In this document: piece by piece, positions 11,823 to 22,932 of the stretch
Layout: each line of letters begins with the position of its first letter
Numbering within the stretch: position 1 is the first letter of the stretch
Source: Setoptus koraiensis
Taxonomy: Eukaryota > Animalia > Arthropoda
Length of the DNA: 64,000 nucleotides
NCBI GenBank assembly: GCA_048013815.1
Contig: CM106586.1
Span: forward strand, 15,190,001-15,254,000
Direction: 5' to 3'
The notes under the pieces: generated by a model
Database searches by the model: none
What the model saw: the letters and a program-made list of their open reading frames with translations, nothing else
What the model was told of the DNA's origin: nothing
Position numbers and translations under genes: made by a program

Positions 11823-12218
11823 ATGGCTCGCGACAAAAAACAAACAGAGGAAAAAGTCATCGCTCTCGATGATCTCAAAGATCCTGAAGATATTAAGAAA
11901 CTATCAGTTCGTAATTTAAAGATATTATTAGATAAGAATTGTGTTGACTACAAGGGTATAATAGAAAAAGAAATGTTGCATGAGAAAGTTACTCAACTCT
12001 GGATTGATCATAATCAAAGTAGACCTGAAACTTCAATCGATGACTCGAAGGACCCTGAATACGATCAGATTTGTAAGATTTGTATGGAAAGGGAAATGGA
12101 CTGTGTTTTACTAGAATGTGGCCACTATTTCACATGTGTACAATGCGGTAGACAGCTTAGTGAATGTCCCATCTGTAGGCAATATGTCTCAAGGGTAGTT
12201 AGAATCTTCAGAGCTTAA
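11823..12218 (+). CDS. Partial inverted duplicate of the RNF34-like gene (SAP-like + RING, 131 aa)
   Basis: Near-identical to the reverse complement of about 1456-1830; intact ORF with its own ATG, stop and AATAAA at 12243-12248. Confidence 0.75.
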   Translation: MARDKKQTEEKVIALDDLKDPEDIKKLSVRNLKILLDKNCVDYKGIIEKEMLHEKVTQLWIDHNQSRPETSIDDSKDPEYDQICKICMEREMDCVLLECGHYFTCVQCGRQLSECPICRQYVSRVVRIFRA

Positions 12219-12383
12219 AATTTTCGCTTTCTTCTCTGTGAGAATAAAGATTTTTTGGTGGCATGAACATTTTAGTCATGTTTACTACAGTTATTCATCT
12301 ATATAAATGTGTTTTAAGTTGCTACTTTATTTAGGTTTCTAAAAATGAGGTCATTGCCAAGATTTCTTCAATTGAAACTTCGA

Positions 12384-13471
12384 TTAGCCATCCAGTAATT
12401 TCCATACTCCATCGATTCTGGCAAACTTGTACGATTTGCCATGACTGAACAAAGATTGTCTATTGTCACGCAGAAATCTCAATGCCACTTTACATGATGG
12501 TACAAATGAGGGTTTTTCCGCTAATGGCGATGTGGACCAATAATGTAGAAAACTGTTTGTGTTTAGGCCTAGTAACTGTACTATAGTGTCATCGGTCAAC
12601 GTCCAATCATAAGGCTTGATCTCTACTATTTGATTATAGGGATCGTAGACGGAATGCATAATGATTGGTGGGCGCATGGCAAATCTAAGCCTTCTGACCT
12701 CTTCTAGGGGACCTTGATAAGTGAATGATGCCGGCGCAATGAGGCCTGTTCTTACGTAACAGATAAGACCTGTTATACATGGATAAGGTATATTATCTTG
12801 ATAGTAAGTGTTGTGAGAACAAATACAGGCTGTTTTTAGGTGCATAGGTAAAGGGTGATGATTAAGATTTTCTATCAATTGCATAGCCACATCTACTGAT
12901 ATATTACGAGCATCATCGAAGCCACCGATCAAATGTACTTCATATTCATAAATAGATAGATCTGTTAAATTATTGCGCCTAGCCCAATCACTGGTCAATT
13001 TTTGAACTCCTGATAGCATTCTTTGTAGGCCAGCCATGGTGTCGTTTCCATCAAAGTGTCCAGCGGCTAGCGCAAACGAGCCAGTATGTCTGACAATTGC
13101 ACTACAGCATGTCGTCATTTCGTCCAATCCTAGCATTTGTACACTATTGTCATCACAGGACATTACGGCAGATTCCATCTGATGAATAAAAAGGTATGGA
13201 TCATTTGAGTCAACCTCAGTTACCGGCATGGTCTTGAGCACTTGAGATTCAACCTGATGGAGCAGAGTTCAAATAGAATAAACGGTAAATGGAGAATTTG
13301 CATCAATTCATGATCCGACGGTAGTATAAAGTAAGATTGATAAGTAAGACAGAGAAGAATAAGAAAAACAAGCTATTCATAAATAATTACCTCGTACTGG
13401 GGATAGGCGTTGATGAAGGAGGAAATGTCAGCCGGAAGCTCCATAGGTCGTCCATTTATGAGTAAAGGCAT
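12384..13471 (-). CDS. NTAN1: Protein N-terminal asparagine amidohydrolase (316 aa)
   Basis: Exon 13471-13391 (MPLLINGRPMELP), intron 13390-13254, exon 13253-12384 with LGLDEMTTCCSAIVRH, HLIGGFDD and WSTSPLAEKPSF. Confidence 0.93.
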
Positions 13472-13974
13472 TCTGAGTTGGTCGGTATGTCTAGCTTGTT
13501 CGATTAGTGTTTGTAAATATAAATATAAATCTTATTTATAAGCCTGAGAGCCGAACTGAGCTGTTGGGCATCAAGACCTATGGAGTCACCTCGAGTTGAA
13601 ACGAACAGTTAAATCGGTCATGTTTTGAGGCTCTATGGTTTTTTCGATCAACAATAGTTATTATTGCATAATGGAATGAGTATTTTGGTCAGTGTCGGTG
13701 TATATTTTTAAAATACTTCACACTGGATTTTTTTTAATATAATGTCAGATTCTTTTACATCCTAATGTGATGATCAACGAAGTGTTCGAACAATCAGCAC
13801 CTATTTTGAGCACATCATCGATGGCACATGTGCGGGAATGTTGTTTGGCACAGATTTTGGGCAGGTGTCGGGGGGGGGGGGCACTTCAGCAGAGAATGGG
13901 CTTAGAAACAGCTAGGTGAATTTCTATCTTCTAGTTTTGTTGTTGTGCCATAATTATTCAAAAGAATAGACCTA

Positions 13975-15879
13975 TTAGAGCCGTTTCTTTTTTTGAGACT
14001 CCAAGATGGGCTCTATCTTTATCTTGAATCTGTTCCTCAACCTTTCACATGCCTGCAAGTATCTGACATCGAGATAATTAAGTCTCCGCTTCAGCTCGTC
14101 TGGGCTTAATGATTTCAGATTGTTGCCTATTTCGATATCGGTACAAGGCTCGCTCAAATCTCGATAGTTTTGATATTTGGGCTCTCTATCACCAGTTTCA
14201 TCATAGAGATCTTTGTGGATTCTGTTACCTTGATGAAAACACTTACTATGTAAATTGTGAGAATAATGCGAGTGACATTGGTTACTTATTTCTGATATTG
14301 CGTAGTCAGTTACGAGGTTAGAGTGGACCATGGAATGTTCATAAATCTGACATGATCTTTTATAATGATCTTCCATCAGGGAAGATTGGACACGTGAATT
14401 ATCAAGTTCACGAATGGTTGGCAGGCTTGTTTGGCTAACTAGGCTAGTCTGTGATGAAACATTCATGTCTAGAGGCATGGATCTATTTATAGGTTGGGTC
14501 GATTGTGCGACATTACTGTATATGGCAAAGTTTGAGCTCATTATTCTATCTATCTTGTCTGATGTCATTCGATTCTGAACTATTTTGTCGGGTATCCTAT
14601 CGACTGTGCAAGATGATAAAACTTCTTGCTGTTGCACTCTAGAGTCTTGGTTTCCAATTTTATTCTGTACCATATCTATGGGATTTATATCACGCGGAAC
14701 AATGTCTTGCTGGGATGTTGATGCTTCACACAAGCTAGGTTTGTATTCAAATCGACTATTCACATAGTCGAGGCGATTCATAGAAACACTTTGTCCTGTG
14801 AGATGGGTTGGCTTAAACTGATACGACCTAACTAAATTTTTCAAGTCGTGACCAGCAGGAATGTTACGACTGAATGGAAAATCAATCTGACTATGGGCAA
14901 TGTTATGGTCAAGTTGAGATTTGACTGCAGAAGTTGTATTTGAGATTTCCTGCCTTTTGACTTTGGCACCATAAATTATAGATTTCAATATACATGGATC
15001 GGGTGATTTGATGATGAAATTATGATTCAACAGTTGACTGGAATCGAATCTCATTTCGGGGTCTTTAGTGAGACAGTGTGAGATAAAATCATTGAAGGAA
15101 TGTGTCCACTCATTAGGGTTTTTGAGGGTTGGCGCTGGCAAGTCGGTGATGGCACTGATTATTTTGTCTATATCCTTATCGTTTGTATGCAGATCGTTAT
15201 GTGGTGGTTTACCCTGAGAAATCTCGATGGCTGTTATGCCTAAACTCCAGATATCCACAAGGTGGTTATATTCTTTGTTCTGTGCCACCTCTGGCGCCCA
15301 CCACAATGGGGTTCCTATCATAGATTTCACTTTGATCCCTTTCTTAACTCTGACTGCCACTCCAAAGTCGGCCAATTTAGCTTGACCTTCATCGTTCAAT
15401 AATATATTCCCTGCTTTGACATCTCTGTGAATAATGGGCTGAATGTTGGAGCTGTTGTGCAAATAATTCAACGCTGCCAGAGTATCTCTTAATATGCTTG
15501 CAATCTCTTTCTCATTTAATGTCCTCTTAACCAATTTCATAATATCACTGATGGAACCTCCCCCAAAATATTCCATAACAATCCACATTTCATTATTGTG
15601 AAAATAGTTACAATAAAATTGAACTATGTTTTCGCAACGGCATTGAGTCATGATGTCGATCTCATTATAAATGTCGTATGAACTATTCTGGACTGAAACC
15701 TTTTTTATTGCGCAGGTCTCCCCAGTTTCTCTTTTGACACCTTTAAATACTGTAGCATAACTTCCTTTGCCAATTTGTTCTAATAGATCGAATACTTCAT
15801 CAGGTGGTTTTGATTTTGATTCCTCACTGAGAGTTAACTTTGTGTTGGACATTTTGGACGTGTTACATTGATTGTACAT
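13975..15879 (-). CDS. STK3: STE20-family Hippo/MST1-2-like kinase with C-terminal SARAH-like helix, intronless, divergent
   Basis: IGKGSYATV, AIK, HRDVKAGNILL, DFG; C-terminal LKSLSPDELKRRLNYLD...IEPILES resembles the MST SARAH domain. Orthology versus paralogy is uncertain. Confidence 0.75.
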   Translation of the reverse strand: MYNQCNTSKMSNTKLTLSEESKSKPPDEVFDLLEQIGKGSYATVFKGVKRETGETCAIKKVSVQNSSYDIYNEIDIMTQCRCENIVQFYCNYFHNNEMWIVMEYFGGGSISDIMKLVKRTLNEKEIASILRDTLAALNYLHNSSNIQPIIHRDVKAGNILLNDEGQAKLADFGVAVRVKKGIKVKSMIGTPLWWAPEVAQNKEYNHLVDIWSLGITAIEISQGKPPHNDLHTNDKDIDKIISAITDLPAPTLKNPNEWTHSFNDFISHCLTKDPEMRFDSSQLLNHNFIIKSPDPCILKSIIYGAKVKRQEISNTTSAVKSQLDHNIAHSQIDFPFSRNIPAGHDLKNLVRSYQFKPTHLTGQSVSMNRLDYVNSRFEYKPSLCEASTSQQDIVPRDINPIDMVQNKIGNQDSRVQQQEVLSSCTVDRIPDKIVQNRMTSDKIDRIMSSNFAIYSNVAQSTQPINRSMPLDMNVSSQTSLVSQTSLPTIRELDNSRVQSSLMEDHYKRSCQIYEHSMVHSNLVTDYAISEISNQCHSHYSHNLHSKCFHQGNRIHKDLYDETGDREPKYQNYRDLSEPCTDIEIGNNLKSLSPDELKRRLNYLDVRYLQACERLRNRFKIKIEPILESQKKKRL

Positions 15880-17242
15880 TATAGATACGCGAAGAATGAA
15901 TTGATATCTAATCGTTGAATTGATTGAAGGCTAAAATTATCACTTGCTAAATCATCTTCGAGAGGTTGTCTTGAAGAACTTCTGTTTACATGTATTCAAT
16001 AAATAAGACATGTATATACCATCATGGCTGTAGTCAATGTCCAGCTACGTTGAGCACGTGAACAAAGACATTCGCGTTCATTGTGAGTTCATTGCACGAG
16101 CAGCTGACTCGTTATCGTGATTGCTGAAATGAGCAAACTGACCGTTTGGAGTTTGCAAGATAACCCGGGTGAACACTAATCGCAGATTTTCTTCTAATGG
16201 GTCTATTTTGTAGATCTCGACGAGCCGAGTCGAACCCGAACAATCGTTCGCCCGTTTTGTTTCTTCCATTGAGACTATCCTGCTCTTTTTTGGAACTTGC
16301 CTATGCCTAGTTCGCCTTTTGGCGGACACGCCGACCTGTCAAGTGCTTCATAAAGGCTGTGAAAGCAGGCTCTCTTGGACGTGACACTCTCGTTAGCCCA
16401 TTCAGCGGGATAAGAATCAACTAGAATATTCCCGATCGAAAGAAAAATCGGGTAAAGGTTGTCCGAGTTTGACTCAGCTCGTCGAGATTTCCCAAAATTG
16501 ACTCATCAGGAAACAATCCGAAGATTATGTTCATCTAGGTTACCTTGCCAGTATATAAATTTTAGAGGTGAGTGATTCTCCTTGTGAAACGTCCGATGGT
16601 TTCTGATGAGTAAATGCAGAAATTCTCACCATCCGGTGGCAGATCAGTGGTCGGCAACTCAATTTTATATCAATTTAATACTCGATGCCTCAATGAGTGC
16701 TTTACTTGTTGCCTCAGACTTGTCTAGTTGTTCCATTACGGCAAAATAAACTAATCAAAGCTAGTCCTATCACTTCCTCGTATTTGCCTCTAGCTTCAAC
16801 ATGTCTTTAATCGAACAAGCAATGGCTCTATCTAGTTTCGTGATCAAATGCTGCCCGTCCAATAGCTCTGCGCCCAGAACTTGTTCCAGACCTCCAGAAC
16901 CCAATTTGCTTTACTTTAGTGGCATTTGCTACATAAGTTGGTAACTTCTTTTTGTATAGGAACTACCAACTTAGTAGTTATAAGGATCACTGGGATAATC
17001 CACAACCATGGGCTTTTTCTTGTGTGAGTCTGCAATCTCATCATTCTCATCATCTCTAAATATGCAAGGTCTCGTGAATAGTGTTTACCTGGAGTCTTGT
17101 TATTCGCTATTCCAAGCTCTCGCGAATTAAACTATTCTGCTCATGCTTATTGTAGTCTCGTGCAGTACAAGATAATTTTTCAGTTGTCTATATAGATTGA
17201 CAAAAATGATTATGAACTATTGCATATCAAATAATCTGAGGC

Positions 17243-17839
17243 ATGAAATCTGTTAAATCTACCAAATCATTATCACAATTCAAACAAGAACAGGAAGCTG
17301 CTGGCGGAAAGCCCGACAGGAAATTTCAAACAGTGACCTACACAGTTACATACAGAATGAGCAAGGATCCATATAAAACATTGGGCGTTAGCAAAGATGC
17401 CAACTTTGAAGCTTTAGATAAAGCTTTCAAGGAGCGTCTAACTGAAATCCAGAAAGCCAATGTCGACAGACCGGATAAGATGATACAAGAAAGCGATCAA
17501 GTATATCAGGCTTACCGGGCTGTTTATATGTCTAAAGACGGTGCCAAAGAGGATCAAATGATGTCCATGCATGTTACAGCTCCGGGTACGGATCCAGAGC
17601 AGTTGATGAAGCTGTTTTTGCCGCTGATGCAAGTGTCGGACTTAGATGTGAACACGTTGAAGAATGCAAATGTTCAAGTTCAAATGCAACAACAGACTCA
17701 ATATAGAAATGGTAATCAAGTTAACAATCGTGAAAGTAGAATAGAGCAATTTATAAATCAAGATGGTAAACGAGTGGTGAAAGTTTATAGAAACGGTGAA
17801 CTCGTGAAGCATACCATAGACGGGAAACCGGCCAAGTAG
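17243..17839 (+). CDS. DNAJB6/MRJ-like J-like protein lacking the HPD motif (likely start ATG 17357, 160 aa)
   Basis: KDPYKTLGVSKDA...KAF...VYQAY J-domain pattern; C-terminal RIEQFINQDGKRVVKVYRNGELVKHTIDGK resembles the DNAJB6/B2/B8 C-terminal beta domain. Confidence 0.65.
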   Translation: MKSVKSTKSLSQFKQEQEAAGGKPDRKFQTVTYTVTYRMSKDPYKTLGVSKDANFEALDKAFKERLTEIQKANVDRPDKMIQESDQVYQAYRAVYMSKDGAKEDQMMSMHVTAPGTDPEQLMKLFLPLMQVSDLDVNTLKNANVQVQMQQQTQYRNGNQVNNRESRIEQFINQDGKRVVKVYRNGELVKHTIDGKPAK

Positions 17840-18111
17840 TGTGATATTGTAATTGTCTCATTGATACAACGGGAATCTCACCATCGAATGGAAAATCATT
17901 CTGACGATGGCGTCAATTGGTTGTCCAGCGGGGGGTAGGAAGTTGATGGATCAAATTTGAAAATGTTGCTCGAGGGCAAGTTTATTCTTTTCTGAATTTT
18001 AATCCTCACAATTAGATGAGAATATTGATTAAAACATCTTGTACTAGCAGTATATGATGAATTGTGTGTAAGCTATTAGAATAACAATGCTTGATGTGGC
18101 AATGGGGTAAA

Positions 18112-18998
18112 TCAAGCGAAATCGTTATCGCTAGCAGGTCTCTTTTTAGCGGGTGGAGATTGATGTCTAGTNNNNNNNNNNNNNNNNNNNNNNNNNNNNN
18201 NNNNNNNNNNNNNNNNNNNNNNNNNNNNNNNNNNNNNNNNNNNNNNNNNNNNNNNNNNNNNNNNNNNNNNNNNNNNNNNNNNNNNNNNNNNNNNNNNNNN
18301 NNNNNNNNNNNNNNNNNNNNNNNNNNNNNNNNNNNNNNNNNNNNNNNNNNNNNNNNNNNNNNNNNNNNNNNNNNNNNNNNNNNNNNNNNNNNNNNNNNNN
18401 NNNNNNNNNNNNNNNNNNNNNNNNNNNNNNNNNNNNNNNNNNNNNNNNNNNNNNNNNNNNNNNNNNNNNNNNNNNNNNNNNNNNNNNNNNNNNNNNNNNN
18501 NNNNNNNNNNNNNNNNNNNNNNNNNNNNNNNNNNNNNNNNNNNNNNNNNNNNNNNNNNNNNNNNNNNNNNNNNNNNNNNNNNNNNNNNNNNNNNNNNNNN
18601 NNNNNNNNNNNNNNNNNNNNNNNNNNNNNNNNNNNNNNNNNNNNNNNNNNNNNNNNNNNNNNNNNNNNNNNACCATAAGTGAATAGGAGGCCGTTGTTAC
18701 CTTGTAAAAGCTGTTCAACTAGTGGCAGGCCCACGCGTTCAAACACGTCCTTTTGTGTTGCATCCTGATCAAATACATGACTAAATGTATATTGCTTGTT
18801 GTAACCGTCAAAATCCGAACGTAACTGAGCAATTGTATCACTGAGCTTAGTTACACACGGCTCCTTGCCTAGGTGATTGACGTGCCTGAGCCGACAGAAA
18901 ACTTCAACGGGTTGGCCCTGTTGAGCCGACTGTTTGTTGTTGCTCGTTTTGTATTTCTTCGCTGGTGTCTGATAAACATTTGCTGGCATTTTCGACAT
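18112..18998 (-). CDS. KIF23: Kinesin-6 KIF23/MKLP1 (pavarotti), interrupted by an assembly gap
   Basis: PVEVFCRLR...YTFSHVFD...QKDVFERVGLPLVEQLLQGNNGLLFTYG before the gap. After the gap one frame reads TRHQSPPAKKRPASDNDFA* (18171-18112), a plausible C-terminus. Confidence 0.85.
18172..18671. other. Assembly gap (exactly 500 N)
   Basis: Run of N from 18172 to 18671 inside KIF23. Confidence 0.99.
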
Positions 18999-19677
18999 AA
19001 TGAGTGTCTGCTGTGAGTGTAAATAAATAATTCAAAATAATAATAAACGTAATAGTAATAATAATAATAATAATAACATTTGTCGCAAAATAATCACACT
19101 GCCAACGCGTGGAACCGATAGTCGAATGCCATTAGTTTCAACGGCCAACTTGTAACGCCCAGTGAGAAAAAGCCCGGCGCTTTACGGCGCTTGTTTTCTT
19201 TGTTTGCGCACGCGCAATCAACTCTTTGCGATTTGGGTGCACAACGTGGGTCTAGTTTGTCTGCTGCACCGTGCAGCCTGCATTCCTAGTTAGCGTGCAC
19301 TTTTGGTGCAGCACCGTCTGGGGCATTTTGTTACGTGTATTGGGATTTCTGACTTTTGAATCTGGGAATGGTGAAACTTGATGAAGTTTCGAGGAGTCCT
19401 ATTTCATGCCTCGTTGCCTGGCTGCCGGTACACCGGAAAGGGGCCGCTTTTGCAATTTTTACTCGCCAACACCAGAGTAGAAGTTAATTCCGACAGCCTA
19501 CCGACTGGTTGGCTGGTTATTGTCAGATACATCGTATACATTCAAGAATTGCAAGCTTTGGTGACTGGACATAAATATTGATTGTTCTCTGCATTTCATA
19601 TGATCGATTTTTTAATCAGATGAAATTGTTCATCCGCAGCAGCCGCTTTCTGGTTTTGTCTTGTTACTTGTCTCAAT

Positions 19678-20012
19678 TAGGGTGGCTGTGCGGAAAATAT
19701 TCGCACATCGCGATGTTCCGCGAAATGGCTCAAAACTTTACAAGGTTTGCAAAGTTTTTGAGGGAAAGATTTGAGCCATTTCGCCTGGAAAAAATGTCTA
19801 ACAAACGCAACAAGAGGTTCGAGACACACCGGGGAGCTGATCCTCTCCATATCCCCCTTCTTCCGGCCTCTTTCTACTAGAAATTGCCCAAGAAGAGGTT
19901 CCGCACGGTTCCGCACACTTCCGCACATTCCGCACATAGGCATGTGCGGAACTGTGCGGAGCCTGTGCGGAGCAGAACTCCTTCTCCCTCGAAGTTCCGC
20001 ACATCCACCCCA
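19678..20012. mobile_element. hAT-type non-autonomous MITE 1 (335 bp)
   Basis: TIRs TAGGGTGGCTGTGCGGAA and (reverse complement) TGGGGTGGATGTGCGGAA; 8-bp TSD GTCTCAAT at 19670-19677 and 20013-20020; subterminal TTCCGCAC repeats. Confidence 0.88.
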
Positions 20013-20383
20013 GTCTCAATTCGACAACAATCGACAAGCTAATTGAGTCTCAAGGTAGTAGCTTGGGCTATGTCGATGGCTATTTTTGCATACTTTCACG
20101 AATGCTATTTTGCTTACGCATGCATCAACGATGCTGTCGCCTCTTATGTCTAGTTTTATCGTCTGATTTGTTGGTATTTATATCAATTCACTTGATAAAT
20201 TCCTATTTATAGTTCATCTGATCGATGGTGCTATCACTACATCGCCTTCCATTCAGATGGAACTTACCATTTAATTTCGCAGAATTCATTGTCACTATAC
20301 ATTACGAGATATATAGTAGATATATAGTGATATTTGCCTACACTTGATGGTCAGCTCATCATACTTTCCGTGGTTATTGGAAA

Positions 20384-21649
20384 TTGATGCAAAAAATGGA
20401 AACAAGCATGTCGAAAGTAATGCACATAAATTTCTTTATCCTGGCTGCAATTGTAATTGCATTTTGTAAGATTATAGATGCAAGCAGAGCGCCAACACTG
20501 TTGGCCGATTGTATCAGCATGGTCAAGAGCATAGATGATCTGGCTTACTTTGATGGGCCGTTTTCGGATAAGTTTTTCTCTCTTAGTAACGCCATGGACC
20601 CTAGAGATCTATCAAAATGTCTTAATACTAACAGTAACCCGGTCTCAGATGTGACTGAAATGAAGAAAATTTTAACTATTGGCAAGGAACATGATGTTTG
20701 TAATTATGATTTTATCATGCTGAAGCTGGCTAAATATCATGATGACCACTTTACGGACAATGCAAAACACAATCTACTGAGTTTGTTTAGATACTATACG
20801 AGTAAGGTAATAATTGAATGTAAGCAAGTTCTAAGTGATAAAATTGTTCAAGTTAGGAGAGACCAACATTATCCGGAACACATAAACATAATCAAAGATT
20901 TGATCACTAAAACAAATCTGATTCATATTGGTGAATCAACCACCTCAAAGAAACCATCAACTGAATTACCTGGGTCCAAAGTCGAAGGCTTGATATTAGC
21001 CGATGAAATTTTGGGTCTTAAGGCACCTAAAAAAGTACCCACAGTAACAATTGCATACTCTGATCGAGTTTTGGAAAACTTAAAAAAAATCCGATATTCA
21101 TGTGATCATTTGTTTCTATACCAGCGAAATGTTATTTATTCGTTGGTCGAGCTGGCAAAACGAGGTTACGCGGTATCATCACCAACTCTGGATCGAGGCA
21201 ACAAGGAATATCTGGAGGATTGGTTAGCATTTGCTCAAATGTGTGAAATGGTGGAATTGATGCAAGTTCGAATTTTGTATGATTCGAATCTTGGGCAAAT
21301 CGAGGCCATTCGCATTAAAATGACAAATTACTATCCGATCGAGACGCCTGACGAATTAAATTCGCAACTACTGAATCCTGAAGAAACGAATGAAGAACCA
21401 TTTATTTTTGATAGATCAGTCGCCAGAAAAATAAACCAATTTAATGAAAGTTTCGAATTGGGACCTTGTCAGCCTCCGAAAGGTATAAAAAAATTCTTGG
21501 GTTCTAGTAAATGTCCGTTTGAACCTGTCATCAACAGAGCTAAGGCAATCAAGCTGGTGAGAAAGAAATTGTATAACAACAACTTTTTGTATGTTTTCGG
21601 CGATTATTTAAGCAATACAAATATACCGGTCAATTCTTTTGGGCAATAA
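20384..21649 (+). CDS. Uncharacterised secreted protein (421 aa, intronless)
   Basis: Long complex-sequence ORF with a hydrophobic N-terminus (HINFFILAAIVIAFCKIIDA) and scattered Cys; no family recognised. Confidence 0.75.
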   Translation: MMQKMETSMSKVMHINFFILAAIVIAFCKIIDASRAPTLLADCISMVKSIDDLAYFDGPFSDKFFSLSNAMDPRDLSKCLNTNSNPVSDVTEMKKILTIGKEHDVCNYDFIMLKLAKYHDDHFTDNAKHNLLSLFRYYTSKVIIECKQVLSDKIVQVRRDQHYPEHINIIKDLITKTNLIHIGESTTSKKPSTELPGSKVEGLILADEILGLKAPKKVPTVTIAYSDRVLENLKKIRYSCDHLFLYQRNVIYSLVELAKRGYAVSSPTLDRGNKEYLEDWLAFAQMCEMVELMQVRILYDSNLGQIEAIRIKMTNYYPIETPDELNSQLLNPEETNEEPFIFDRSVARKINQFNESFELGPCQPPKGIKKFLGSSKCPFEPVINRAKAIKLVRKKLYNNNFLYVFGDYLSNTNIPVNSFGQ

Positions 21650-22282
21650 TGACTAAATAAACTTGCTTAGTGATGGCTAATGTTTTGCCAACATGGATGT
21701 CACATTGTTCACCATCATTGTTGTGCTCGATGAGTTGACCATTCATATGAATTTTTCCCACTTTCCCAATTGGAAGGAGGTATTTTTATATCGAGATTGC
21801 GCCCCGAATCATGGAATTTCATGGCTGTCTTGAGGCTTATTGAAAACTTAAATTGAGTGCGAAAAGAAAAGATTTTCAACAATCCTCATATGCCACCACA
21901 GATCTGGAGAATGATGAGATGCCGAAATCATGCGAAAGTCATGAGATCATTTACGTAGCGATTATTCTACTCTCGCCAACCTGAACCGTTTCATCGGCGT
22001 GGTTCGTGGACATCATAGGGGACTTTCGAAATGAATGAAAAGTGTCGAGAGTTGAGAGAGAGAGAGAGAAAGTTCTGTTTCGAACTATGACCGAATAAGG
22101 AAATTTGACACCGGGAAAAATTTCTTATATACTTTTAGAGTTTATTTTTTTTTTGTTTTTTTACTCATTAATCGTCTGGAACAAAGGCTAATTACAGATA
22201 TCATCAACCAGAGTTTCCGTTCGCTAAAGTTGAATCGCTCAAGCTAATTTGTATAGTGTTGATGGCTGTTGCTTATTACATT

Positions 22283-22630
22283 TTAACGACGGCCTGAGGC
22301 AGCTCCTGATGCGGCTCCTCCTCCTCCACCTGAGGCGGCTCCGGCAGCTCCACCGGCAGCTCCACCGGCGGCGGCTCCAGCAGCGGCTCCTCCAGCTCCA
22401 CCAGCGGCGGCTCCGGCAGCTCCACCGGCAGCAGCACCAGCGGCTCCTCCACCGGCTGCGGATCCAGCGGCTCCACCAGCAGCAGCTCCAGCGGCTCCTC
22501 CTCCTCCGCCACCACCGGATGCAGCTCCACTAGCAGCTTGCATCTTGATTTGGCTCACTGAGGTCAATGCAATGATCATTACGACCATAAGCATTAATTG
22601 ACTGAATGTAAAGTTAGCGAATACCTTCAT
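22283..22630 (-). CDS. Secreted Gly/Ala/Ser-repeat protein A (115 aa), ends in GRR
   Basis: Signal-like MKVFANFTFSQLMLMVVMIIALTSVSQ, GGAAGAAA repeats; clear paralog at 24022-24543. Confidence 0.85.
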   Translation of the reverse strand: MKVFANFTFSQLMLMVVMIIALTSVSQIKMQAASGAASGGGGGGGAAGAAAGGAAGSAAGGGAAGAAAGGAAGAAAGGAGGAAAGAAAGGAAGGAAGAASGGGGGAASGAASGRR

Positions 22631-22932
22631 TTTGATTGTGGTTTGTGCGTTTTCTTTCTTTCAGATATGTTAACTCTTCAATTTTTCTTCACTAATGAAC
22701 TATGATCAGATGCAAGTGTCAGCTAGCAATGAGACTCGTAATAACTCGCTCCCAAATTTATAGTCTACAATGATTGATAATTTGTAGTTAGTGGATAAAT
22801 TTATTTGACTATCGCATATCGGGCCAACTAGCGCTGATCGCTGCATACTCTACATGTAGTAAACAAGCAACGCAGACTAGGTGTTTAATCTTCAAATTTT
22901 AATCAATCTCCTCCCTTAACCATCGCATTGAT

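Noticed and set aside
11823-12218. RNF34 second copy as a pure assembly or haplotype artefact
   Set aside because: It is inverted, has distinct flanks and carries about 13 substitutions including several amino-acid changes; long-read confirmation is still advisable.
16455-16515. Hammerhead-like CTGATGAGTC...GAC on the minus strand
   Set aside because: GAAA is replaced by GAGC, there is no NUH cleavage triplet and stem I pairing is poor.
16000-17100. Decayed coding-like sequence on the minus strand, with faint resemblance to a retrotransposon integrase C-terminus
   Set aside because: Multiple stops and no RT, RNase H or integrase core motifs, LTRs or TSD; needs a tBLASTx or Dfam search.
21690-22030. 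Minus-strand fragment KIHMNGQLIEHNNDG resembling the J-like protein's KVYRNGELVKHTIDG
   Set aside because: Only a 15-aa match with an in-frame stop just upstream and inconsistent spacing to a weak SKVPY match; may be chance.
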